DNA of 64,000 nucleotides, taken from Candidatus Poribacteria bacterium. GTDB lineage: Bacteria; Poribacteria; WGA-4E; WGA-3G. How positions within the stretch are numbered: the first letter of the stretch is position 1; the number at the start of each line of letters is the position of its first letter. The position numbers were made by a program, and so were the translations under genes. The stretch spans positions 3,608 through 67,607 of the forward strand of contig JAJEET010000123.1 in NCBI GenBank assembly GCA_022820835.1, in the 5' to 3' direction. This document shows, piece after piece, positions 56,106 to 64,000 of this stretch. The notes beneath the pieces are model-generated. The model did not search any database, was not told where the DNA came from, and saw only the letters and a list, made by a program, of their open reading frames with translations.

Positions 56106-57185
56106 CTATTCGGAATGCGAAGGCTCACGTTTTCGGAAAAGCTGGATAGAACCATAGCCGATAACGAAAAGTAGGATTGTCGCTTGCATCACAAAGGTGA
56201 CTTTATCAGAAATCCCCACCGTTCGCTGCATACTGTATGAGCCAGTCGATAACGCACCAAACAACAGTGCAGCAGCAACCGTTACCAAAGGATTCAACTT
56301 CGCCAACAATGCCACCGCAATCGCTGTATAGCCATATCCCGGTGAGAAATTGAGAAATAAACGACGGGTCAGTGCTGTCAGTTCAATCGCGCCACCGAGC
56401 CCAGCAAGTGCACCACTAATGAAAAAGACACGAAGCGTGTTATGCACAATCGAAATCCCTGCTGCTTCCGCTGCAGCTGCACCCTCTCCTACAGCGCGGA
56501 GTTGGTAACCAAACGCTGTCCGAAATAGAATAAACGTAAGGACAATCGCTAACACGACAGCGATAACAATGCCGAAGTGGATCCGATGCGGCGGAAAAAG
56601 TCGTGGGAGAAATACCCACTCCACAATCCGATCGCTCTGTGGCCCTCGCTCGGATGCCTCCTGTAACGGACCCCCATCTATCATCATGCTGACCAGATGG
56701 ATAGCGACGTAATTCAGCATAATCGTACTAATCACCTCGTTGACACCACGTGTCACCTTGAGAACAGCCGGGATAAGTCCCCATACGCCCCCCGCGAGCA
56801 TCGAAAGGACAAGACACACTGGTACTGCAATCCATGTATTCTCCGGAAACAGCGTGGCAAGTCTCGTCCCGAACCATGTCGCTGCCAATGCGCCTATCAG
56901 AAACTGCCCTTCCGCACCGATGTTCCAAATACCGCAACGAAACGCCATAGCGACGGAAAGTCCAGTCATCAGAAACGGCGTGCTTTTTACCAATGTTTCA
57001 CCGAATTTCCGACTGTTCCCGAAGGCACCACTCAGTGCTGCTTGATATGCCTCTAAAGGGTTGTAGTTACACAGCAGCATTATAACGGCGTTAACCATAA
57101 AAGCACCCGCCAGAATTATAAAGGGCGCCATCAACCAGTGAATAATGTTGATTCTTTTTAATATGTTGACTAATTTCGATACCAT
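56106..57185 (-). CDS. ABC transporter permease (nucleoside/BMP-family system, YufP/NupP-like)
   Basis: 359 aa. It reads ..TPFLMTGLSVAMAFRCGIWNIGAEGQF.. and has multiple TM segments. Confidence 0.85.
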   Translation of the reverse strand: MVSKLVNILKRINIIHWLMAPFIILAGAFMVNAVIMLLCNYNPLEAYQAALSGAFGNSRKFGETLVKSTPFLMTGLSVAMAFRCGIWNIGAEGQFLIGALAATWFGTRLATLFPENTWIAVPVCLVLSMLAGGVWGLIPAVLKVTRGVNEVISTIMLNYVAIHLVSMMIDGGPLQEASERGPQSDRIVEWVFLPRLFPPHRIHFGIVIAVVLAIVLTFILFRTAFGYQLRAVGEGAAAAEAAGISIVHNTLRVFFISGALAGLGGAIELTALTRRLFLNFSPGYGYTAIAVALLAKLNPLVTVAAALLFGALSTGSYSMQRTVGISDKVTFVMQATILLFVIGYGSIQLFRKREPSHSE

Positions 57186-57590
57186 GTTTTAAGCGAGTAC
57201 GCAGTTATAAGTATAGGACTTACGCATTTCCTCTTAAAGTCCCCCTGATAAGGGGGATTTAGGGGGTTTAAAGAACGAAAATTACCGATTTTTGCGTCTA
57301 AATGCTCGATATTTGCTCAATTTGCGTAAGTCCTGAAGTACTCACTACGGTTGCTGCGCAACCTTTCAGTTTTAGAAGTTAACAGTACTCAGTACGTTCG
57401 CTACGCTCACTTTCAGTTTTGACCAACAACTCGTGCCTTAGTAAAAGTATCGGAGTCGAGTTGTTGGTCAAAGTTAAGAGGTGTTGGAATTATCGCATCC
57501 CTCTTTTAACTGTTAACTGCGTACTGAAAGGCGTACTCGCCGTACTGAAAACTAATGCCCTGAAAGGCGTACCCGCCGTACCGTTAACTG
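57186..57590. repeat. 405-bp composite repeat region inside the ABC transporter operon
   Basis: It contains gagtacgcagtta (57195..57207) and a 124-bp TIR element (57213..57336, aggacttacgc / gcgtaagtcct). It has three full hairpin modules (57345..57369, 57524..57547, 57560..57583) plus a variant with the same GTAC/TTTCAG flanks at ~57390..57416, and the 15-bp-stem palindrome (57419..57471). The end reads ccgttaa/ctgttaa/ctgcgta. Confidence 0.85.
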
Positions 57591-59180
57591 TTAACTGCGT
57601 ACTCGTTCTCCCGTCATTAGCAACCCAAGTGCTTCAATATCGTTGCGCTGTGCTGTCGCCTCAATCAATTGCCCCCTTGACATCACAAAGAGCCGATCGC
57701 TCAATAGCAACACCTCATCTAACTCCGTTGAAATGAGCAGCACAGACTTTTCTTGGTCGCGTTGGGTCAACAAATTCTCGTGTACGTAACGAGCCGCGTT
57801 GACATCTAAACCGCGTGTCGGATTAACAGCGATAAGTAAGTCGGGTTGAAGCGAGATTTCGCGGGCGAGGACAATCTTTTGTTGATTACCGCCAGAAAGC
57901 GCGGAAACAGGGATATTGCCGATAGGTGGTCGAATATCATAATCAGCGATAAGTTGGCGTGCTATATACCACTTTCTTCTTTGATTCAGGACATTCCAGT
58001 GGGCTATATTTTCCAAGTGCGTTACATTCAGTAAGAGATTCTCTGTAACCGAAAACGACGCAATAACACCCGTTGTTTGTCTATCTTCGGGGATATAACC
58101 GACGCCACGCCGCCGCACAGCCTTTGTCCCCTTCGGATCGGCACCCAAGATATTTATTGTTCCAGAGGCATTGTGCCGTAACCCCATGATCGCTTCGGCG
58201 AGCTCCCGCTGCCCGTTGCCATCAACACCAGCAATACCGACAATTTCACCACGATACGTCTCCAGAGTGACATCTGAGACCGAAATCTCGTTGCGACTGC
58301 CGTGCACCGTTAGATTTGAGAGTTGCAGCACGCTGTCTGATGATCCACTTTCGCGGTTTCCGTTTGACGAACGCTCAACTTCGTCAATGTCCTCTCCGAT
58401 CATCTCCCGCGCGAGTTCTCGCGCGGTGAGTTCACCTGTCGGACCGAGATAGACCTTTTTCCCGCGCCTCAACACGCTAATCCTGTCGCTGATACTCAAA
58501 ACCTCTTTCATCTTGTGACTAATGAAAATAATCGCCCTGCCATCGGCTTGGAGTTTGCGCAGAATTGTAAAGAAGCCTTCCACCTCTTGCGGACTCAGAA
58601 CAGCCGTCGGTTCATCAAGGATGAGAATCCGAGCATCAACCGCCAGTGCCTTTAAAATTTCAACGCGCTGTTTCAGTCCGACCGACAGTGTTCGGACAAA
58701 TGCAGTCGGATCAACGGTTAAACCGAACCGCTCAGAGAGTGCTTGCGTGATACGAATCGCTTCCGTCTTCTTGAACACAAATTTCCGCCACGGCTTCTTA
58801 TCCGTATCGTTTGTAGACGCATCTTCTGTTGTGTGAACACGCACTTGTCCAAGACTCAACGCGATGTTCTCAGCAACTGTGAGGTTCTCAATCAACATAA
58901 AGTGCTGATGCACCATGCCGATGCCGTTAACAATCGCGTCACGTGGCGATTTCGCACGCAGTCTACGCCGCCAGCCCTCACGATCTGTAACATAGATGCG
59001 TCCCTCCGACGGTTGATAAAGTCCATAGATAAGATTCATCAGCGTAGACTTACCGGCACCGTTCTCACCTAAAATAGCGTGAATCTCACCCGCTTTGAGG
59101 TCAAAATCGACGCTATCAACAGCGGCGAAATCGCCGAAGGTCTTTGTAACATTCCGAAGTTCAAGGATGTTTTCTGCCAT
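57591..59180 (-). CDS. ABC transporter ATP-binding protein with duplicated ATPase domains (nucleoside/sugar type)
   Basis: Walker A is GENGAGKST and the signature is LSVGLKQRVEI, followed by ILILDEPT. The second domain has GVDGNGQ, LSGGNQQK and a second Walker B-like stretch. Confidence 0.9.
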   Translation of the reverse strand: MAENILELRNVTKTFGDFAAVDSVDFDLKAGEIHAILGENGAGKSTLMNLIYGLYQPSEGRIYVTDREGWRRRLRAKSPRDAIVNGIGMVHQHFMLIENLTVAENIALSLGQVRVHTTEDASTNDTDKKPWRKFVFKKTEAIRITQALSERFGLTVDPTAFVRTLSVGLKQRVEILKALAVDARILILDEPTAVLSPQEVEGFFTILRKLQADGRAIIFISHKMKEVLSISDRISVLRRGKKVYLGPTGELTARELAREMIGEDIDEVERSSNGNRESGSSDSVLQLSNLTVHGSRNEISVSDVTLETYRGEIVGIAGVDGNGQRELAEAIMGLRHNASGTINILGADPKGTKAVRRRGVGYIPEDRQTTGVIASFSVTENLLLNVTHLENIAHWNVLNQRRKWYIARQLIADYDIRPPIGNIPVSALSGGNQQKIVLAREISLQPDLLIAVNPTRGLDVNAARYVHENLLTQRDQEKSVLLISTELDEVLLLSDRLFVMSRGQLIEATAQRNDIEALGLLMTGERVRS

Positions 59181-59255
59181 AGTTGTCTGAATCAGGATTT
59201 ACAAGATTATAGGATTTTCAAAATAAAAGGCTTTCGCCTCCGTAAAGGGTTCCCC

Positions 59256-60104
59256 TTATTGTACCCATTGTGCCGCTCTTTCTGTTGTCAACTCAGCATC
59301 GTAAGCGATCACCCGAAGCGAGATTTTCCAACTTTCACCTTCAGGTGTTGATACCGATCCCGTCCAAGTCGGGTTATAGAGTGCCATCCCGTAATCCCTA
59401 ATAAACCACGGACCGCGAACACCTTCATTAAGGATACTCATAAAGACCCCAAACGCGCCATGTCCGCTCAAGGTGTTCTGGTAAGCAACGAAATCGGACT
59501 CACCCTCATGAACGACATCAACACCGCCACTACGTCCATTGTCACCCAGTACGATACCACCCATCACCGGTAAGAGTCTCGGTTCAACGCGGATACCGAT
59601 GCTCCCAAACTTCGTCTGTGGATAGGTCGCAGCACCGTAAGACGCAATCTTCTCACTCGTCATATCGCAGACTGTAGCATCCGCAAACGCGTAGAGATTA
59701 ACCGTGCGAATTTCGTCAATCAACGGTTCCTCGTTTTCATCGCGCCAGACAACGTTCTGAACGAATTGCACACCATCGGCGTGCAACGTGATGTCAATAT
59801 CCTTCTGTGTATCCATCCGTCCAAGTTGCTCAAAGACCTTATCTGTCCAAGAACGTCGAGGGGGCGATGCCCAAAAACCGGCCTCCCTATCTCCGACCCG
59901 AACCGGTCCCTGCCCGACGAAAATGCCGTTGTGGAACGGGTGATCAAAGGCAAATTCTTGAACGACGGTATGTCCCGCTGGCGTGTAGAACGGAAAGACA
60001 AACGGACGATAAAAATTCGCGCCGACACCACCCAAACAATGTCCTGTAGTGCTATCAACAACCAGATGCGTTTTCGCATTTATCTTAACTTCAAACTTGC
60101 TCAT
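59256..60104 (-). CDS. Hypothetical protein, possibly PmoA-like/DUF6807 family
   Basis: 282 aa. ..FYRPFVFPFYTPAGHTVVQEFAFDHPFHNGIFVGQG..GFWA.. resembles the PmoA-like family that often sits next to Gfo/Idh/MocA genes. This is from memory and unverified. Confidence 0.5.
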   Translation of the reverse strand: MSKFEVKINAKTHLVVDSTTGHCLGGVGANFYRPFVFPFYTPAGHTVVQEFAFDHPFHNGIFVGQGPVRVGDREAGFWASPPRRSWTDKVFEQLGRMDTQKDIDITLHADGVQFVQNVVWRDENEEPLIDEIRTVNLYAFADATVCDMTSEKIASYGAATYPQTKFGSIGIRVEPRLLPVMGGIVLGDNGRSGGVDVVHEGESDFVAYQNTLSGHGAFGVFMSILNEGVRGPWFIRDYGMALYNPTWTGSVSTPEGESWKISLRVIAYDAELTTERAAQWVQ

Positions 60105-60218
60105 TAGTTCTTACCCTCTTCGGCAGGCACGATCTGTGATCGCAATTCCTTTACAGACGAAGGCATTTCTTGCACGACAGGAATCACATAACTCCGAATC
60201 GCCACACCCGCCACTTCC

Positions 60219-60566
60219 TCACTCTACAAATTTTAGGAGTGCTTCAGAAGGTGACTCTCCACGTCCCTGAAAAACAGTTTCTATTTCATCACAAATATCT
60301 TCGGAGAGACCCCGGTAAAAATCAGGGCGCGTATCATTTTCGGACTCTTCAAAGTTCAGTTGGATCGGAAAATAGGTTAAGTCTTCAGATATGAGGGCAT
60401 CAAGTGCCAATCGGAAGAAGGTCGTTTTGCCGGTCTGGCGCGGCGCAAAAAGGACGATATATTTGCCCTGCTTGATGCGGTCTATGAAATCGGCAGTCTC
60501 TTTTGTGCGTGGGACGATGTAGTTATCTTCAGGATACAAGCGTCCCTCGGTTCCAAAACGTTTCAT
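60219..60566 (-). pseudogene. N-terminal fragment of an AAA-like (P-loop) ATPase gene
   Basis: YIVPRTKETADFIDRIKQGKYIVLFAPRQTGKTTFF is the Walker A region of AAA_35-like proteins. The ORF stops after ~115 aa, whereas such proteins are several-fold longer. A further open stretch in another frame (60107..60218) suggests a frameshift or truncation. Confidence 0.4.
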
Positions 60567-60683
60567 GTACCCTTTTTCTCCACTGTAAAACACGTTAAAT
60601 TATGGCTTGATTGCCCGACGTGATAGGGTATTGATTTTTGATTAAGTATATCACATCACCGCTTAGCAGTCAATATTAATATT

Positions 60684-60777
60684 AGAGGACTTACGCAGCC
60701 CTCTTTGCAAGCGAGGTTTGAAACCCCGCCTGCAGGGTGTCGGATGTCCGTTATCATGGAAAAATACGTAAGTCTTG
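60684..60777. repeat. MITE-like element with GGACTTACGC TIRs and GC hairpin (copy C, partly decayed)
   Basis: It runs aggacttacgc (60686..60696), gcaagcgagg-tttgaaa-ccccgcctgc, then acgtaagtct (60766..60775). It lies upstream of the BMP-family SBP gene. Confidence 0.65.
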
Positions 60778-60796
60778 TATTAATGAAATTCCCGCT

Positions 60797-60825
60797 TTAC
60801 ATTTCCGGTGCAAACATGCTATAAT
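60797..60825 (+). promoter_or_regulatory. Candidate sigma70-type promoter (TTACAT - 17 nt - TATAAT)
   Basis: ttacat (60797..60802), a 17-nt spacer, then tataat (60820..60825), about 20 nt upstream of the SBP start region. Consensus match only. Confidence 0.4.
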
Positions 60826-60846
60826 ATCCCCATACTTTATAATGCA

Positions 60847-61881
60847 ATGGAGGGAAACACACACGTGAAAAAATTTTGTTGGACTGCCTTATGCCTCTTC
60901 ACAATAGGCTTCATACTCGTTACGACTATAGACCTCAATGCCAAAGGGCATGAGAAATTCAAGGTCGCCATGCTGCTTCCCGGCTCAATTAGTGATGCGG
61001 GTTGGAACGCTTTAGCTTATGAAGGTCTTGTAGCGATCGAAAAAGAACTCGGCGCAGAAATCAGCCACGCCGAAACACGAACCCCATCAGATCAAGAAGA
61101 ACAATTCCGTTCTTACGCACTTGACGGCTACAACTTAGTCTTCGGACACGGATACGAGTTTCAAGACCCCGCGAAAGCCGTCGCTTCAGACTTCCCAGAA
61201 ACGATTTTCATCACCTCCTCCGGAGGCACCATCACCGACAATATTTCGCCAGTTAACTTCCGGGTTGAAGAACCTGCCTATCTTTTAGGAATCATCGCAG
61301 GAATGATGACGAAAACCAATAAGCTCGGGGTGATGGGTGGACAGAATATCCCGTCTGTAAATAGCACATTTATGGCATTTGAAGGCGGCGCGAAAAGTGT
61401 CAATCCTGAAGTGGAGGTATCTTGGGTATACGTCGGTAATTGGGAAGACATCGGTAAAGGTAAGGAACTCGCACTCGCACAGATTAACGAGGGTGTTGAC
61501 TTTATCTTTCCGAATGCCGACGCAGCCGGACTCGGTGCTTATGAAGCGGCTGAACTCGCGCAAAAAGACGGTAAAATGGTATACACCTTCGGCGCAAATC
61601 GCGACAAGAGCGACATCTCTCCAACTGTAATTGCGAATGCTGTGATTACACCGAACGCTTTTGTACAGATTGCCAAACGCATCAAGGACGGCGAGTTCAA
61701 GCCACAGGTCTATACTTTCAATATGCTGACAGACGAAGCAATCACTCTTACCTACAGTCCTACATTGAAGGATAAGGTTCCACCAAATGTCCAAAAAGCC
61801 GTTGAAGATGCAAAAGCCAAAATCCTTGCGGGTGAGTTAAAGGTGCCACAAATCGATTTCACTGAAAAGGAAGAGGAATAG
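60847..61881 (+). CDS. BMP-family (PnrA/Med-like) ABC transporter substrate-binding protein
   Basis: ..KVAMLLPGSISDAGWNALAYEGL..GYNLVFGHGYEFQD..GVMGGQNIP.. is typical of Bmp. The start is ATG 60847 or the in-frame GTG 60865, which lies after GGAGGG. Confidence 0.85.
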   Translation: MEGNTHVKKFCWTALCLFTIGFILVTTIDLNAKGHEKFKVAMLLPGSISDAGWNALAYEGLVAIEKELGAEISHAETRTPSDQEEQFRSYALDGYNLVFGHGYEFQDPAKAVASDFPETIFITSSGGTITDNISPVNFRVEEPAYLLGIIAGMMTKTNKLGVMGGQNIPSVNSTFMAFEGGAKSVNPEVEVSWVYVGNWEDIGKGKELALAQINEGVDFIFPNADAAGLGAYEAAELAQKDGKMVYTFGANRDKSDISPTVIANAVITPNAFVQIAKRIKDGEFKPQVYTFNMLTDEAITLTYSPTLKDKVPPNVQKAVEDAKAKILAGELKVPQIDFTEKEEE

Positions 61882-61921
61882 CCTCCGAAAAGTAAGTAAT
61901 TCTGTATGGGGAGCATGCACC

Positions 61922-64000
61922 ATGACGCACATAATGGAAATTGATGGGATTGAAGTTACCTTTTCCGAAGGCGAAACCATCCTTGAAATCGCACAACGCC
62001 ATCAAAAAGAGATTCCAACGCTCTGCTACGACCCAAGACTTGAGCCTTTCGGTGGGTGTCGTCTTTGCATTGTCGAGTTAGAAGGTGCGCGAAACCCTGT
62101 TACATCCTGCACAACAAAGGCAACTGCAGGGATGGTCGTGCGAACAACAACTGATACAATAGAGGCATACCGGAAAACGCTCCTGGAAATGGTTGTTAGC
62201 GAGAATCGTGAAGTTGATGTGTCACCGTTGCGCGGCTACGCGTCAGGTGAACTCGCGGACCTCCGCGACAAGTACAGCACTAACGGTACGAGCATAACAG
62301 GGGCGACATCTGGAACGAGCAAGACTGATGATGATAACCCATTCATTCTCAGGGATTACGAACTCTGCATCTCCTGTTATCGGTGCGTCCGTGTCTGTGC
62401 TGAACAAGAAGGCGACCATGCGATCAACATCATGAACCGCGGCTTCCATACACAGATTACGACTGAATTCAACGGGCTCCTAAAGGACTCTGCCTGCACC
62501 TTCTGTGGACAGTGTATCCAGACCTGTCCGACGGGTGCGCTCGGCGATAAAAAAGCACTCCGCGCAGCCGACGAGGTGGTGGATACTATACCTGACAAAA
62601 CCCGCACGATCTGCCCGTATTGTGGGGTCGGTTGTTCGGTTGATATATTGACGAAAGACGACAAGATTGTCGGTATCCACCCAGCGATGGACGGACCTGC
62701 GAATCAGGGAGCACTCTGTGTTAAAGGTCAGTTCGCTTACGACTTCGTACAGCATCCTGACCGCTTGAAAACGCCACTCATCCGTGGCACCGATGGCGAA
62801 CTCCACGAAGCAACATGGGACGAGGCGTTGAACAAAGCCGCTGACGGATTTCGGAAGGTCAATGCCGAACACGGGAGGCATAGCATCTACGGTATCGCCT
62901 CAGGGCGCGCGCCCAGTGAAGCGGCGTATCTCATGCAAAAGTTTATCCGCGCAGGGTTCGGCACTAACTATATTGATAACTGCAGCCGTGCTTGACACGC
63001 ACCGACCGTTGCCGGTCTGGCAGCGACAATCGGACGCGGTGCTATGTCTAATCCACTCGTTGACATGCAAAAGCCGGATGTGATCTTCTGCATCGGCACA
63101 AACATGACCGAGTGCCATCCTGTTGCAGCAACGGGACTTAAGAAAGCAATTGCCCGCGGTGCGAAACTCATCGTCGCAGATCCGAGACGCATCGGTTTAG
63201 CAGAGATGTCGCATCTCTACTTACCGCTCCGTGTCGGTTCGGATACCGCACTGCTCCTCGGCATGGCACACGTCATCGCACGTGAAGGCTTAATTGACGA
63301 AGATTTCATCGAAAACCGCACGACCGGGTTTGACGAGTTCTTTGAACACATCAGTCAGTGGACACCAGAATGGGCGGAAACGATTACGGGTGTCCCCGCA
63401 AAGGACATTGAAACCGCCGCGATATGGTACGGGAGCACAAACAAGGGTGCTATCTACTACACACTCGGAATCACGGAGCATATCTGCGGCGTTGAGAACG
63501 TGCAGAGTCTATGTAACATCGCTTTGATGACGGGGAACGTCGGGCGCGAGGGAACCGGCATTAACCCGATGCGCGGGCAAAATAATATCCAAGGCGCAGG
63601 AGACAGCGGCGCACTGCCAAACAACTACCCCGGTTTCCAATCTGTCACAGATCCGAAGCATCAAACGAAGTTCAAAGCAGAATACGGCAGAGAAATCGAT
63701 TTAGAGAAAGGGATTACCAAAGTAACCGCTTTAGAACTTTGCGGTGAAAGCATCCACGCGATGCTGATTGACGGTGAAAACACGTTGCTCTCCGACCCAG
63801 ATCGCGAGCATTGTGAACATGCACTCCGCGCATTAGATCATCTCGTTGTTGTTGACATATTCCTCACGGAGACGGCTAAACTCGCCGATGTCGTGTTACC
63901 AGCGACTGCATGGGGTGAAACGGATGGCGTATGCACAAATACAGAACGCCGCGTCCAACGCGTCCGCGCGGCAGTACCACCCCCCGGTGTCGCAAAACCG
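61922..64000 (+). CDS. fdhA: Formate dehydrogenase alpha subunit (NAD-linked FdsA/FdhF-like) with in-frame UGA selenocysteine; 3' end outside window
   Basis: It has an N-terminal 2Fe-2S region (C..GGCRLC), 4Fe-4S motifs (CISCYRCVRVC, CTFCGQCIQTCPTG) and the molybdopterin Fe-S motif CPYCGVGC. The track ORF ends at TGA 62993. The same frame stays open to 64000 and reads ..DNCSRA-U-HAPTVAGLAATIGRGAMSN.., the FDH active-site motif. Confidence 0.85.
63007..63025 (+). other. Candidate SECIS stem-loop
   Basis: cguugcc-ggucu-ggcagcg: a 7-bp stem (one G-U pair) with a 5-nt GGUCU loop, starting 11 nt after the UGA. This is the spacing and loop type I recall for the E. coli fdhF SECIS. Confidence 0.6.

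Noticed and set aside
57419-57736. 105-aa ORF (MTNNSCLSKSIGVELLVK..) as a real gene, given its similarity to the tlyA insert peptide.
   Set aside because: It is assembled entirely from repeat modules and then runs antisense into the ABC ATPase gene. The peptide similarity simply reflects the shared palindrome.

Overview
This is a 64-kb chromosomal segment from an uncultivated diderm bacterium. BamA and TamB are present, as is one T9SS-type C-terminal sorting domain. The many Gfo/Idh/MocA, xylose-isomerase-like TIM-barrel, LamG and FG-GAP genes resemble PVC/FCB-like or candidate-phylum genomes, but the taxon cannot be fixed from the sequence alone. I support about 50 CDS and found no rRNA, tRNA or CRISPR.

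Layout:
- 1-7.6 kb: tail of a type ISP RM enzyme, a DNA methyltransferase fused to an HNH-like finger, membrane and secreted lectin-like proteins, and an atypical SDR.
- 7.8-15.2 kb: five tandem, near-identical Gfo/Idh/MocA paralogs plus a sixth divergent one.
- 15-20 kb: HAD hydrolase, LLM oxidoreductase and two orphan solute-binding proteins.
- 20-24.5 kb: an ECF sigma factor fused through one TM helix to an M16-like domain that has lost its catalytic Glu, next to an HxxEH-intact M16/LolA-like paralog.
- 24.7-32.5 kb: sugar-phosphate isomerase-like genes, three tandem 2-Cys-repeat lipoproteins and a TPP decarboxylase.
- 32.5-55 kb: housekeeping block (queF, queG, pheA, pyrE, xseA, xseB, dxs, tlyA, tamB-like, bamA-like).
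- 55-62 kb: a nucleoside-type (BMP) ABC transporter.
- 61.9 kb to the window end: a formate dehydrogenase alpha subunit with an in-frame UGA (selenocysteine) and a SECIS-like hairpin.

The most unusual aspect is the non-coding fraction. Almost every intergenic gap in the housekeeping block holds composite palindromic elements. They are built from 7-nt tandem repeats, a small hairpin module whose stem covaries between copies, and a TIR-bounded MITE-like element. Two of these elements appear inserted in frame inside tlyA.

All calls rest on by-eye motif recognition and by-eye alignment. No searches or computations were run.
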